The notes below the pieces were generated by a model. The model worked only from the letters and a program-made list of their open reading frames with translations, did not search any database and was not told the DNA's origin. From Candidatus Latescibacterota bacterium (lineage in GTDB: Bacteria > Latescibacterota > UBA2968): a stretch of 64,000 nt of DNA. Location of the stretch: the NCBI GenBank assembly GCA_965207885.1, contig OZ242311.1, positions 992,001 through 1,056,000 on the forward strand, read 5' to 3'. A program made the translations under genes and the position numbers. Below are positions 1 through 9,737 of this stretch, piece by piece; position 1 is the first letter of the stretch; each line of letters starts with the position of its first letter.

Positions 1-2
1 TG

Positions 3-623
3 TTGCCCGCTGCCTTGAAGATTGCAAAGGCAGCGGGTTTTGATGCTATGGTGTTGCATTGTGCGTTTACGGCGAGTTCGCCTTTTCATCCAGATGCGTC
101 GGTGCGGATGATTCGCGATTATTTCGATGATGCGGGCGTGGCGTTGATGGGGTTACATGTGCGCGATGATCCAGGTTCTAATTTGCGGCAGGTTGAGTGG
201 GATGTTCATCTGGCGCGGGCTCTTCGCTTGCAATGTGCGAGTTTTCTCTGTGGTGCGCGTTCCCGCGAGGCGCGCGAGGCTCTGGTGAGGGGTGTGCATG
301 CGTTGCTTGAAAGTATTCCCGATGTGACGCTGAATATCGGGAATGGGGTGGATACGTGTTTGGAAAGTGCGGCGGATTTTGATGTTTTGATGCCCGATCT
401 GCCCGAGCGCGCGCATGTCTGGCTCAATGCGATGGATGTTGATAATGCTGTTGGGATTGTGGATAAGTATGTGGAGCGCATGGGTATGGTGACGATTGGG
501 GAGGATGATATGGATGTGGTCCGCGCGCTTAAGGCGAATGGGTATGCTGGTCCTGTGGTGCTCAATGCCGTGGGTGGTTCTGTGGCGGATCTGCGGGTGA
601 GGGTAGAAGAAGTTTTAACATGA
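3..623 (+). CDS. Sugar phosphate isomerase/epimerase-like TIM-barrel protein, probably 5'-truncated by the window edge
   Basis: 'ALKIAKAAGFDAMVL' and C-terminal 'VVRALKANGYAGPVVL' resemble the xylose-isomerase-like TIM-barrel fold; metal ligands look degenerate. Confidence 0.55.
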   Translation: MPAALKIAKAAGFDAMVLHCAFTASSPFHPDASVRMIRDYFDDAGVALMGLHVRDDPGSNLRQVEWDVHLARALRLQCASFLCGARSREAREALVRGVHALLESIPDVTLNIGNGVDTCLESAADFDVLMPDLPERAHVWLNAMDVDNAVGIVDKYVERMGMVTIGEDDMDVVRALKANGYAGPVVLNAVGGSVADLRVRVEEVLT

Positions 624-633
624 GGAGTTTTCT

Positions 634-2094
634 ATGAATGTTATTCTGATTGTGCTGGATACCTGGCGCCGAGATCACGTGGGGTGTTATGACAATTCTC
701 GAATTCACACGCCGAATATAGATCGTTTTGCCGAGCGGGGCGCGGTTTTTGAGAATGCGTATTTGGCTTCGTATCCCACGCTGCCGTGTCGCCGGGATAT
801 TGCGACGGGGCGATACGAGTTTCCGTGGCGGGGATGGGGCGGTATAGAGCCTGATGATGTGACGCTGGGTGGGACGGTGCATGAGGCGGGTAAGGTGTCC
901 TATTTTTTTACGGATGTGTATCACCACTGGACGAGCAATCCGGGCAGTGGGTACTGGCGTCCGTTTTCGGGGTTTGATTTTGTGCGCGGGCAGGAGCGGG
1001 ACCGATATGTGACGGATTCGGATATTGTTTTTGAGAATCGGACGCTGGATTATCCGCCGCATAACAGGCCCGAGCAACCGCATTTTCGAAATGCGCAATA
1101 TATCCGTAAAGAGGAACGCGATTGGTTTTCGCCGCAGTTGTTTTCGAGGGCGGCGCGGTGGCTTCAGCACAATGCCGATCAGGAGTTCTTTTTGATGATT
1201 GATTCTTTTGATCCGCACGAGCCTTGGGATCCGCCACGCCACTATGTGAAGTTGTACGATGATTCTGAAGACGATGTGATGGAGTATCCGGTGGCGCCTT
1301 ACGATTGGGTGGATGGCAATTTGACGGAGGCGGAGTTGAAGCGGGTGCAGGCGATTTATGCGGGTGAGGTGACGATGGTGGATCGCTGGGTGGGGCATTT
1401 TCTCGATCAGGTTGAGAGTATGGGGCTGATGAATAATACGATGATTATTCTCGCGTCGGATCACGGGACGCACAATGGCGATCACGGGCGTACGGGAAAG
1501 AACTGGGTGCTCTGGAATGAGATTACGCGGATTCCGATGATTGTTGTCTGGCATCCCGAGTTTGGTCACGGTGCGCGACCCGTGCAGTTTGTGCAGCCGG
1601 TTGATTATTTTCCGACTGTGGTGGAGGCGATGGGGTTGGCGGTGCCCGATGGGGTGAATTTGCACGGGCAGAGTTTGATTCCTTTTCTCCGGGATGAGGA
1701 TGCGCCCGGGCGCGATGCAATTTTGTACGGTCAGTTTTCGGGGACGTGCAATATTACCGATGGGGAGTATGTGCTGTTGCAGGGGGTGGATGAGTCCAAT
1801 CCGCCGGTGTATGCGTATTCGAGTATTATTGCGAATCGGAATCAGTTTGATTGGGGTGCCGATGTGCTTCGGAGCAAGCAGACGCCTGCGCGACATCCCG
1901 AGAAGCACAAGACGCGGTTTTATCACATGCCTTCGGATCCCGAGCAGGAGAATGATCTCGCCGATGGTGAATCAGATGCACTGTCCCGTATGCAGAGTTT
2001 GATGGTTGAGAAATTGCGCGCTATTGGTGCGCCGCCAGAGTTGTTGGTGCGATTGGGGCTGCAAAAGGAGGGGCTATGGAACCGAATATTTTGA
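634..2094 (+). CDS. Sulfatase-fold (alkaline phosphatase superfamily) hydrolase with Thr at the formylglycine position
   Basis: 'NVILIVLDTWRRDH', 'TLPCRRDIATG', 'DPHEPWDPP', 'SDHG'; SD GAGGAG upstream. Confidence 0.85.
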   Translation: MNVILIVLDTWRRDHVGCYDNSRIHTPNIDRFAERGAVFENAYLASYPTLPCRRDIATGRYEFPWRGWGGIEPDDVTLGGTVHEAGKVSYFFTDVYHHWTSNPGSGYWRPFSGFDFVRGQERDRYVTDSDIVFENRTLDYPPHNRPEQPHFRNAQYIRKEERDWFSPQLFSRAARWLQHNADQEFFLMIDSFDPHEPWDPPRHYVKLYDDSEDDVMEYPVAPYDWVDGNLTEAELKRVQAIYAGEVTMVDRWVGHFLDQVESMGLMNNTMIILASDHGTHNGDHGRTGKNWVLWNEITRIPMIVVWHPEFGHGARPVQFVQPVDYFPTVVEAMGLAVPDGVNLHGQSLIPFLRDEDAPGRDAILYGQFSGTCNITDGEYVLLQGVDESNPPVYAYSSIIANRNQFDWGADVLRSKQTPARHPEKHKTRFYHMPSDPEQENDLADGESDALSRMQSLMVEKLRAIGAPPELLVRLGLQKEGLWNRIF

Positions 2095-3419
2095 TCGTGA
2101 TCGCAGATGATGCGACGTATCTCGATTTGTCGCTTTACGGTGGACAGAATGTGGATACGCCGAATATTGACGGTTTGGCGCGGGATGGTCTGGTTTTTAA
2201 TCGGGCGTATTTGCCTATGGCGATGTGCAATCCATGCCGTACGGCGCTTTATACGGGTTTGTATCCGGCGCGCAATGGTTCGTGCTGGAACCATTCTGCT
2301 GCGCGTCCGGGGACGAGGAGTCTTCCGCATTTTCTGGGGGATCTGGGTTATCGCGTGGGGCTGTGTGGGAAGAAGCACGTGGGTCCCAATAAGAGTTTTC
2401 CTTTTGAATATGTGCCGGGTATTGAGGGGGGATGCACACATCCCGATCCCGAGTTTGGCGTTGCGGGGATTCGCGCGTTTGTGGAGCAAGATCGGGATGC
2501 GCCTTTTTGTCTTGTGGCGGGTCTTTTTGAGCCGCATGCGCCGTGGACGCTGGGCAATCCCGAGCATTTTGATCTGGATGCGTTGCAGTTGCCTCCGTAT
2601 CTGGCAGATACGGAGGAGACGCGGAGTGATTATGCCAGGTATTTGGCGGAGATCGAGGTGCTGGATCAGGAGGTCGGTGAGATTCTCGCGGTACTGGACG
2701 AGACCGGACAGGCGGATAATACGCTGGTGATTTTTACGTCTGAGCAGGGGTCGCAGTTTCCCGGGTGCAAGTGGACGAATTGGAATACGGGTGTTCATAC
2801 GGGTTTTATTGTGCGCTGGCCCGGCGTGGTGAAGCCGGGATATACCGATGCGGTTATTCAGTATGAGGATGTCACGCCCACGCTGATTGAGTCTGCGGGT
2901 GGCGATCCCGATGCGATTGATTTTGATGGGTCGAGTTTTATGTCTGTGCTGTTGGGAGAGGCAGATGCGCATCGGGAGTTCGCGTATTTTATGCATAATA
3001 ATATTCCCGAGGGTCCGCCCTATCCTATCCGCGCGGTGACGGATGGTACGTATCACTATATTCGCAATTTGACGCCCGAGGCGATCTATATTGAGAAGCA
3101 TCTGATGGGGCAGTTTCGATGGCACCAGTACTGGCCGACGTGGGTTTTTGATACGACGTTTAATGAGCATACGCGGTTTTTGGTGGATCGGTACATGCGC
3201 CGTCCCCCCGAGCAGTTGTATCGCATGGATGAGGATCCCTGTGAGTTGAATAATCTATCTGATGATCCTGCACACGCAGAGGCGAAGAAACGCCTGTCTG
3301 CCGAGCTTGATTGCTGGATGAAACAACAGGGCGATCCCGGTGCTGAGATCGATACAGAAGACCAATGGCAAGCGGCTAAAGAAGGTAGGCATTTTGAACG
3401 TTTGAGTCAGGATACATAA
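2076..3419 (+). CDS. Sulfatase, N-sulfoglucosamine sulfohydrolase (sulfamidase)-like
   Basis: 'PNILIVIADD', CxPxR 'CNPCRTALYTG', 'GKKHVGP', 'EPHAPW'. Confidence 0.85.
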   Translation: MEPNILIVIADDATYLDLSLYGGQNVDTPNIDGLARDGLVFNRAYLPMAMCNPCRTALYTGLYPARNGSCWNHSAARPGTRSLPHFLGDLGYRVGLCGKKHVGPNKSFPFEYVPGIEGGCTHPDPEFGVAGIRAFVEQDRDAPFCLVAGLFEPHAPWTLGNPEHFDLDALQLPPYLADTEETRSDYARYLAEIEVLDQEVGEILAVLDETGQADNTLVIFTSEQGSQFPGCKWTNWNTGVHTGFIVRWPGVVKPGYTDAVIQYEDVTPTLIESAGGDPDAIDFDGSSFMSVLLGEADAHREFAYFMHNNIPEGPPYPIRAVTDGTYHYIRNLTPEAIYIEKHLMGQFRWHQYWPTWVFDTTFNEHTRFLVDRYMRRPPEQLYRMDEDPCELNNLSDDPAHAEAKKRLSAELDCWMKQQGDPGAEIDTEDQWQAAKEGRHFERLSQDT

Positions 3420-3439
3420 AAAAAAGCTGTCCATATTTC

Positions 3440-3471
3440 GTCATCGCGGCAGGGTTTTAGCCGCGATCCAG
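3440..3471 (+). repeat. REP-like palindrome GTCATCGCGGC-loop-GCCGCGATCCAG, copy 1
   Basis: Identical to copies at 14451 and 32121; variants at 17573, 22465, 24324, 49181, 50014. Confidence 0.9.
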
Positions 3472-3581
3472 TCTATTTTCTGCTGAGAAGATTCGTTACA
3501 CAGCGTGTAGCAATTTGAGCAGGAGAAGTTTCTCTTGGAACAAATGGATTAAACCATATTGCAAAAAGCGTTTACATTAGC

Positions 3582-4481
3582 ATGAATGATCTGAATAAGC
3601 AAGCTGCTGAAAGTATAGTTCAAATGATAGAGCATCATGATCCGATCATTTTTATTGGAGCGGGGTTATCCATACCGCCTTACAAATCATGGATGGTCTT
3701 GTTGGATCAATTGTCAAAAAAAATGAAGATCAAGATTAAAAATACGCAAGACCCTATTCTTGCTGCTCAAGAATTATACGAGAACGATCCCGAAAAATAT
3801 TTGAATGCACTTAAGCGTATTTTTGCCGAAGTACCGAAAAGTTGTCGTGATGCTCTACGAGATATTGCAACTATCAATTTTAAAGCGTTTCTTACTACAA
3901 ATTTTGACCGGACCATTGAATTTGCATTTCATTGGGCAAATCGCAACTTTTCTCCTCCATTGGTATACCCAAATCTTCAAGTGTCTCTATGCCGTGATCA
4001 AAACATCCACTTTGTTCATGGTCGACTTTCAGAAGATAGTAAGGAAGCGAATGAAATAGTTTTTCATAAGGAAACATATTATAACGCTTATTACTCCGAA
4101 AATAAGCTTCTCGCTCGCTATTTTTTTGATGTTCTTGCTGACAACGATGTGCTTTTTACAGGATTTAGGCTGTCAGAATCTGAACCATTAAATCATGTCT
4201 TTCAATCTATTATTAGAACTAGGGAAATCATATACAATACTCCCATTCCAGGCAGAAGTTGGAAAATTCTATTACCGAAAGGTCATTCAGACTCGAATCT
4301 TGAAAAAAGGCTTAATAAGTTAAAGATTGAAGTCATTCGCTATAATAAAATGAATGATGACTATGAAGGTCTTGATGAGGTATGGAGAGATGTATCAATG
4401 AAAGTCAAAAGCGAAATGTTTTCAAAACAGGCCGAAGAGTTAGATCCTTTACAATTAATGGAAAAGCCAGATTGGGAATGA
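3582..4481 (+). CDS. SIR2-like (SIR2_2) domain protein, putative NADase effector
   Basis: 'IIFIGAGLS', 'TTNFD', 'FVHG', 'VLFTGF' motifs. Confidence 0.85.
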   Translation: MNDLNKQAAESIVQMIEHHDPIIFIGAGLSIPPYKSWMVLLDQLSKKMKIKIKNTQDPILAAQELYENDPEKYLNALKRIFAEVPKSCRDALRDIATINFKAFLTTNFDRTIEFAFHWANRNFSPPLVYPNLQVSLCRDQNIHFVHGRLSEDSKEANEIVFHKETYYNAYYSENKLLARYFFDVLADNDVLFTGFRLSESEPLNHVFQSIIRTREIIYNTPIPGRSWKILLPKGHSDSNLEKRLNKLKIEVIRYNKMNDDYEGLDEVWRDVSMKVKSEMFSKQAEELDPLQLMEKPDWE

Positions 4482-7402
4482 CTATGAAAACTTCAGAAAT
4501 ATTATTCGAACTCAGACGAATTTCCTCTACGGAGTCTCCCTCTCCTGAGGAGTGTAAATTTGTCCAAAACCGAATCACGGATGAAAAATTCGCACGGTTC
4601 TTTTTTCAACACGCTAAAGGGTCTCAATGGATAGAAGAGTTACGTGATTTTTTTGAATCTAACCGGCCTGACAATCCCTCATCGGGATATCCATATCTTT
4701 TCCATTTGTCCGAGAATAATTATGGGGATTTCGTAAATTTTGTCCAAATGATTAAGGCAAATTTGAATTATTATGGTTTCAGCCAAATAATTAAGGTAGC
4801 TACTTCTGTTCAACCTAAGGACGCAGTAAAATTAAGTCCGGTAGTGGAATCCTATTTGTCATCCGGCACGAAAAAATCAGCAGGTGGGATTAGCGATTAT
4901 CTGAAGCATATTTTCATACCTGGATTATACAATAATCAGCTTTGGAGTATATTGAATAAGATACTCTATTTCCTTCCAGATCCAGAATCTGAGGATAAGC
5001 AGGAAAAACAAAAAAATAGTGAGGGTAGTCCTGATTATTGGACAACAGCACTGGAGCCAGTGACAAGAATTGATGCTTATGAATATCAACAAATTCTCGA
5101 GCAGGGCATACGTCCTCTATGCGAAAAAGACCCATATCAAATAGCTCGCATTCTTATCAATGCCACGGAAAGAATGATTCGCCTGAGCAAGCATCAAGAA
5201 GACCTCGATAAAGAAGGGGATGAAGATTCCTCGGAAATCTGGTGCCGACGGCTCAATGCATTAGATAACCTTGGTTACAGCAAGTCAAAAGAAATGCTTG
5301 TTCATACACTGACCTTTGCCTGTAGAAAGGTCTATGAAAAATTTCCGGAATCAGTTGAGGAATTGGATCAGATACTAAGAAAAAAACGATGGAAGGTCTT
5401 CAAGCGGTTACGCCAGCACCTATACTCACTAAACCCAACTGAACAGACCCTACCCTGGATTCGCGAGTTCATTCTTGAACACAAAGACTATGCCAAATGG
5501 GAACACCATTACGAGTTTCAACTCATGATTCGCAAGGCTTGCGATCACTTTGGCACAAGCCTGCTTAGCGAGGAAGAACGAACGACGATATTTGACACCA
5601 TTCTGAGCGGTCCATCGAAAAAAGATTTCCGACAATGGATGGGTGAGAAAGTCACCGAAGAAGGATTCCAGAAACTACAGCATGATTTTCACAGAATGCA
5701 ACTCCGACCATTTGAATACTTGCTGACTGGAAAATATCAGAACTATTTCCAGGAATTGGAAGACGCATCCGACGAAGATTTCCCTTCGGATGAAGACTAT
5801 TCACCTATTAGTAAGGTAGAAGGCGGAATAGTATCCTATCGTAGCCCACGTTCACCCGAAGAACTGGCGGAGTTTGGTGACGAGGGATTGCTCACGTACA
5901 TCAACACATGGCAAGAAGGACGTCCATGGTACGAAGAACATAGATACGAGGATGACCAGTGGATTGAAATCAACATTGGAGCATTGGCGGATGCATTTCA
6001 AACAATGTTCAAAGATACGATTATCTCCGACGAGAAACGATTGACATTCTGGCTGGAGAATCGTGATGGCATAGAGCGACCCGTTTACATCAGAGCAATT
6101 GTCCGGGCGATACAGGAGCATGTAAAAGAACAAAATTATGAGCGGCTTGATCTATGGTTTGAATTCTGCGAGTGGGTGCTATCGCATCCCGATGCAGAAA
6201 GGGATCAAGGAGAGAGGGGCGATGAGTCGCGGGAACATCCAGACTGGGGAAGTTCACGGCGAGCAGTGGGAGATTTCATTGGTGAGTGTCTAAAAGAGGA
6301 AACGAGCGTCCCATTCACTGAACGAGAATCACTGGAAAATATCCTCAGACTACTATGCACACAATTTGACAGACGATTAGATCTTGATGAGCCGGTTTTA
6401 CTGAATCGTAACGATCAAATTACCGAGGCCATCAACAACACCCGGAGCCGTGCTTTGGAAGATCTGGTGAAGTTCGGTTTTTGGGTACGCAGACACAATG
6501 ATACGGACAATGTTCCAGAAGTCACCGCAATACTTGAAGAGCGTTTTAAGGATGATGCGAATTACTCTCTTACGATGCCGGAACATGCGCAATTGGGCAG
6601 GTATTACATTCAACTTTGGGACATGAACCAAAGATGGGCAGTCGAACACAAAGCGGTCTTTTTTCCCCAAGATAATCTACCCATATGGGTAGAGGCATTT
6701 GGAAGTTTCTTGCGCTTCACTCGGCCGTTTAAGCCGATCTTTGAAATTCTGAGGGATGATTTTGTATTCGCACTTGACCACTTGCCCAAAATTGAGGACA
6801 ATGAAATAGTCGACACGCAGGCACAACGTCTTTTTACCTATTATTTGTGGGAAGTCTATCCGCTCAAGGGCGAAGATAGTCTGCTGGAAAGATTCTACGA
6901 GAAGACCAAAAACGATCCACAGCGGTGGGCGAGCTTATCCAATTATGTCGCGTGGGCTGTGGGAAATCGTAGTGAGGATTTGGAACAAGGCTTGATAGAC
7001 CGTATAGTCGCATTCTTTGACTGGCGGCTTGAACAGAAAGAACCGGAAGAACTGCAAAAAATCGCGTACTGTCTGGAAGCGGAATGCTTTGACCCGGATT
7101 GGCGATTGGATACTTACGCTAAAATTCTCGATGTAGGCCAACTAGGTCACATAGGTAGCTCAAGTATTCTGAATGTATTGAACGAAATGCTCGAAAGCCA
7201 CACTGAAAAAGTCGTTGGATGCTTCGTAAAAATTACTGATACACTTAATCAAGGCGAAAGCATCTATATTGGCACAGACGAAGAAGCGAAGGCTATTCTG
7301 AGAACAGGATTGGACAGCGAGAATGAGAGCATACGCGAAAATGCGGAGCAGGCACAAGAAAACCTTTTGAACGCTGGACGCTACGGTTTTTTAGATATTT
7401 AA
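4478..7402 (+). CDS. Large (~974 aa) predicted alpha-helical protein, translationally coupled to the SIR2 gene
   Basis: ATG 4478-4480 overlaps SIR2 stop TGA 4479-4481 (ATGA); long ORF rich in E/L/W/F; no Walker A motif seen. Confidence 0.75.
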   Translation: MTMKTSEILFELRRISSTESPSPEECKFVQNRITDEKFARFFFQHAKGSQWIEELRDFFESNRPDNPSSGYPYLFHLSENNYGDFVNFVQMIKANLNYYGFSQIIKVATSVQPKDAVKLSPVVESYLSSGTKKSAGGISDYLKHIFIPGLYNNQLWSILNKILYFLPDPESEDKQEKQKNSEGSPDYWTTALEPVTRIDAYEYQQILEQGIRPLCEKDPYQIARILINATERMIRLSKHQEDLDKEGDEDSSEIWCRRLNALDNLGYSKSKEMLVHTLTFACRKVYEKFPESVEELDQILRKKRWKVFKRLRQHLYSLNPTEQTLPWIREFILEHKDYAKWEHHYEFQLMIRKACDHFGTSLLSEEERTTIFDTILSGPSKKDFRQWMGEKVTEEGFQKLQHDFHRMQLRPFEYLLTGKYQNYFQELEDASDEDFPSDEDYSPISKVEGGIVSYRSPRSPEELAEFGDEGLLTYINTWQEGRPWYEEHRYEDDQWIEINIGALADAFQTMFKDTIISDEKRLTFWLENRDGIERPVYIRAIVRAIQEHVKEQNYERLDLWFEFCEWVLSHPDAERDQGERGDESREHPDWGSSRRAVGDFIGECLKEETSVPFTERESLENILRLLCTQFDRRLDLDEPVLLNRNDQITEAINNTRSRALEDLVKFGFWVRRHNDTDNVPEVTAILEERFKDDANYSLTMPEHAQLGRYYIQLWDMNQRWAVEHKAVFFPQDNLPIWVEAFGSFLRFTRPFKPIFEILRDDFVFALDHLPKIEDNEIVDTQAQRLFTYYLWEVYPLKGEDSLLERFYEKTKNDPQRWASLSNYVAWAVGNRSEDLEQGLIDRIVAFFDWRLEQKEPEELQKIAYCLEAECFDPDWRLDTYAKILDVGQLGHIGSSSILNVLNEMLESHTEKVVGCFVKITDTLNQGESIYIGTDEEAKAILRTGLDSENESIRENAEQAQENLLNAGRYGFLDI

Positions 7403-7576
7403 GATAGTTGGTATTCGGGATTTTGACACCGCTACTGTATATTATTTGGACGCGGGAGCATTCACCAAAACTTCCGCGTTGTCAAATGTAAGGTCTTAAA
7501 AAAGGACAGATAATGGGGAGGAACATCAAGGCCAGATTTTCAAAGAGCGGACTCATATCGCAGGAGAAGCATAGTC

Positions 7577-7987
7577 GTGTTACCGTTTGAATTTGTGATT
7601 GATGGGCCTCCTGTTTCTCAACAAACAAGGCGCGCAGAAAAACGGCGAGATTGGATCAGTAAAGTTAAAGATGAAGCGAAAAGTCATTGGCCAGAGGATG
7701 AGTTGCCGGTTGCCAGTTCAATTATGGTAAAAATTGCCTATTTCTATGAAGAAGAATCTCCCAAAATAGATGTAGATAACATAAGCAAACCCATTTTAGA
7801 TGCTTTGAAAGAAACGATTTTTACAGATGATACTCAGGTAACGGATCTGTTGTGTCAAAAACGAAGGTTGGAGGATATAAGAGTCGAAATTTCCTCTACT
7901 ATTTTACTTGAACGATTGATCCAAAAAGACGAATTTTTATTCATTGTCGTTCAAGATGCTCCTGACCAGGAGGTGTTCAATGGCTGA
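7577..7987 (+). CDS. rusA: RusA-family crossover junction endodeoxyribonuclease
   Basis: 'FEFVIDGPPVSQQ', 'DVDNISKPILDAL', 'DDTQV'; SD AGGAG before GTG. Confidence 0.8.
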   Translation: MLPFEFVIDGPPVSQQTRRAEKRRDWISKVKDEAKSHWPEDELPVASSIMVKIAYFYEEESPKIDVDNISKPILDALKETIFTDDTQVTDLLCQKRRLEDIRVEISSTILLERLIQKDEFLFIVVQDAPDQEVFNG

Positions 7988-8657
7988 CTTAACTGCTCAT
8001 GAGAGCGAAAGCCAGCGTGTCCAGAAAGTTGGGCAAGTATATCGCGACAAAGGCTATGATGTGTTGATTGAACCTCAGGGTGATCAATTGCCTGATTTTT
8101 TACAGGCATTTCGGCCAGATTTGATTGTACATAAAGGCGATGAGCATATTGTGGTCGAAGTAAGAACGCGTGGGCAGGTTTCTGATTTTCCTCAAGTGAA
8201 TGAATTGGCAAAAGTTGTTAGAAACGAGGTTGGATGGAAATTTGAGTTGTTTTTATTAGGGCCAGAAAATTCATTTTTTTTGAATGGAGCTTCGCTATTT
8301 ACTGTCGAAGAAATCCGCTTAAAAATTAAGGAAGTGGCTTTCTTTATGGAGAATGGGCATTTAGAGGCTGCATTTCTTATGGGGTGGTCTTTGGTGGAAG
8401 CGACTTTGAGGATCCTGGCGGTTAAAGAGGGAATAGAGGGTGAAACTGCAACGCCCGATTATCTGCTTAAGCAAATGACTTTTGAAGGGATTATTGCGCG
8501 AGAAACATATCACGATCTAAAACACGCACAGCAAACGCGAGATGCGATTGCTCATGGTTTTAAGTCGTCGCAACTCACTGTTGAGACGGTGCAAGAATTG
8601 ATTGATTTGATTGATGGGGTGCTGTTACAAGAATTGGATAATGTGGTAGAGGATTAG
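7980..8657 (+). CDS. PD-(D/E)xK-like nuclease domain fused to a HEPN-like C-terminal domain
   Basis: 'RPDLIVHKGDEHIVVEVR'; 'RDAIAH' (Rx4H); SD AGGAGG before ATG 7980, overlapping the rusA end. Confidence 0.6.
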   Translation: MADLTAHESESQRVQKVGQVYRDKGYDVLIEPQGDQLPDFLQAFRPDLIVHKGDEHIVVEVRTRGQVSDFPQVNELAKVVRNEVGWKFELFLLGPENSFFLNGASLFTVEEIRLKIKEVAFFMENGHLEAAFLMGWSLVEATLRILAVKEGIEGETATPDYLLKQMTFEGIIARETYHDLKHAQQTRDAIAHGFKSSQLTVETVQELIDLIDGVLLQELDNVVED

Positions 8658-8689
8658 TACACGCCAGCTGGGGATCTGACTCCAACCTA

Positions 8690-9626
8690 GGTAGTGTCTG
8701 AAAAGTCGTAAAGTATGTATTTTAGTTGCAGCATACGCCCTAAACCAAGGAGTATGATATGCAACGGAGATATGAACTGCGCGACGAGGCTTGGCATCTG
8801 ATCCAAGACCTGTTCCCACCGCCGAAGAAGATGGGTCGTCCCCGTCGGGATGATCGTACATTATTCAACGGGATCTTCTGGATATTGTGTTCAGGTGCAG
8901 CTTGGCGCGACCTGCCAGAACGATATGGTCCTTGGCAGACAGCCTTTGACCGATTCTGCAAATGGAAACAGGATGGCACCTTTGATCGCATTGTAGAAAA
9001 GCTACATCTCAAATTGGGTGAAGATGGTCTTTTAGATTATGCGACCTGGATGATGGATGCAACCCATATTCGAGCCACACAAGCCGCGGCAGGAGCGAAA
9101 AAAAAAGGGCAAAAAGGGTGAAGAAGAGCCCCCAGATCACGCTTTAGGACGCTCTCGTGGCGGTTTGACCACGAAAATCCATCTTCTTTGCGATGCAGTC
9201 GGGCATCCTTTAGCAGTGGATCTTCTCCCTGGTAACCAGTCAGAATCCACACAGGCTGAAAGGCTACTGTCAAAGGTATGCATACCCACCAAACGAGGGC
9301 GTCCAAGAAACCGACCCAAGTATCTGGTAGCTGATAAATCTTATGATGTCTCACGCATCAGAGTCTATCTACGCAAACGGGGTATCAAGGCTGCTATCCC
9401 AAACAAGGCGATTCCCAAAGGCAGAAAACGGCGTAAGAGAGGACCACGGCCTAAGTGTGATAAAAGATTATATGCCAAACGCAATATCGTGGAGCGTCTC
9501 TTTGGTTGGCTTAAACACTGCCGACGGATTGTGACCCGATTTGAAAAAAAGGCGACTCATTTTCTCACTATGGTCAAGCTGGCCTGTATCAGACAACTCT
9601 TCAAAGCTTACTTTTCAGACACTACC
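8690..9626 (+). mobile_element. IS5-family insertion sequence (IS427-like), 937 bp
   Basis: Perfect 17-bp TIRs GGTAGTGTCTGAAAAGT (8690-8706) / ACTTTTCAGACACTACC (9610-9626); TA flanks at 8688-8689 and 9627-9628. Confidence 0.93.
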
Positions 9627-9629
9627 TAA
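8759..9629 (+). CDS. IS5-family transposase split into two frames (orfA 8759-9121; orfB ends 9629)
   Basis: orfA 'GAAWRDLPERYGPWQT'; orfB 'GRSRGGLTTKIH', 'ADKSYD', 'RNIVERLFGWLK'; A9 run at 9098-9106 at the frame junction. Confidence 0.9.
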
Positions 9630-9737
9630 TAAAGAAATATAAACCTCTGCTGATCTTCCTACATTGGGGAATTTTTCCTTGATATCTATCTTTTCCAGAG
9701 TATCTTAAATTAATTGGTCAAATTGCGGAGTATTCCG

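Noticed and set aside
562-3170. Long minus-strand ORFs (454 aa, 415 aa) and similar long antisense ORFs elsewhere (e.g. 14681-15661, 41969-42781, 42966-43793)
   Set aside because: They are shadows of well-supported genes on the opposite strand, with biased composition and no motifs
4382-4477. Upstream extension of the large helical ORF
   Set aside because: It overlaps SIR2 by 100 bp; the ATGA-coupled start at 4478 is more plausible
7577-7987. RusA as a prophage marker
   Set aside because: No integrase, structural, replication or lysis genes nearby
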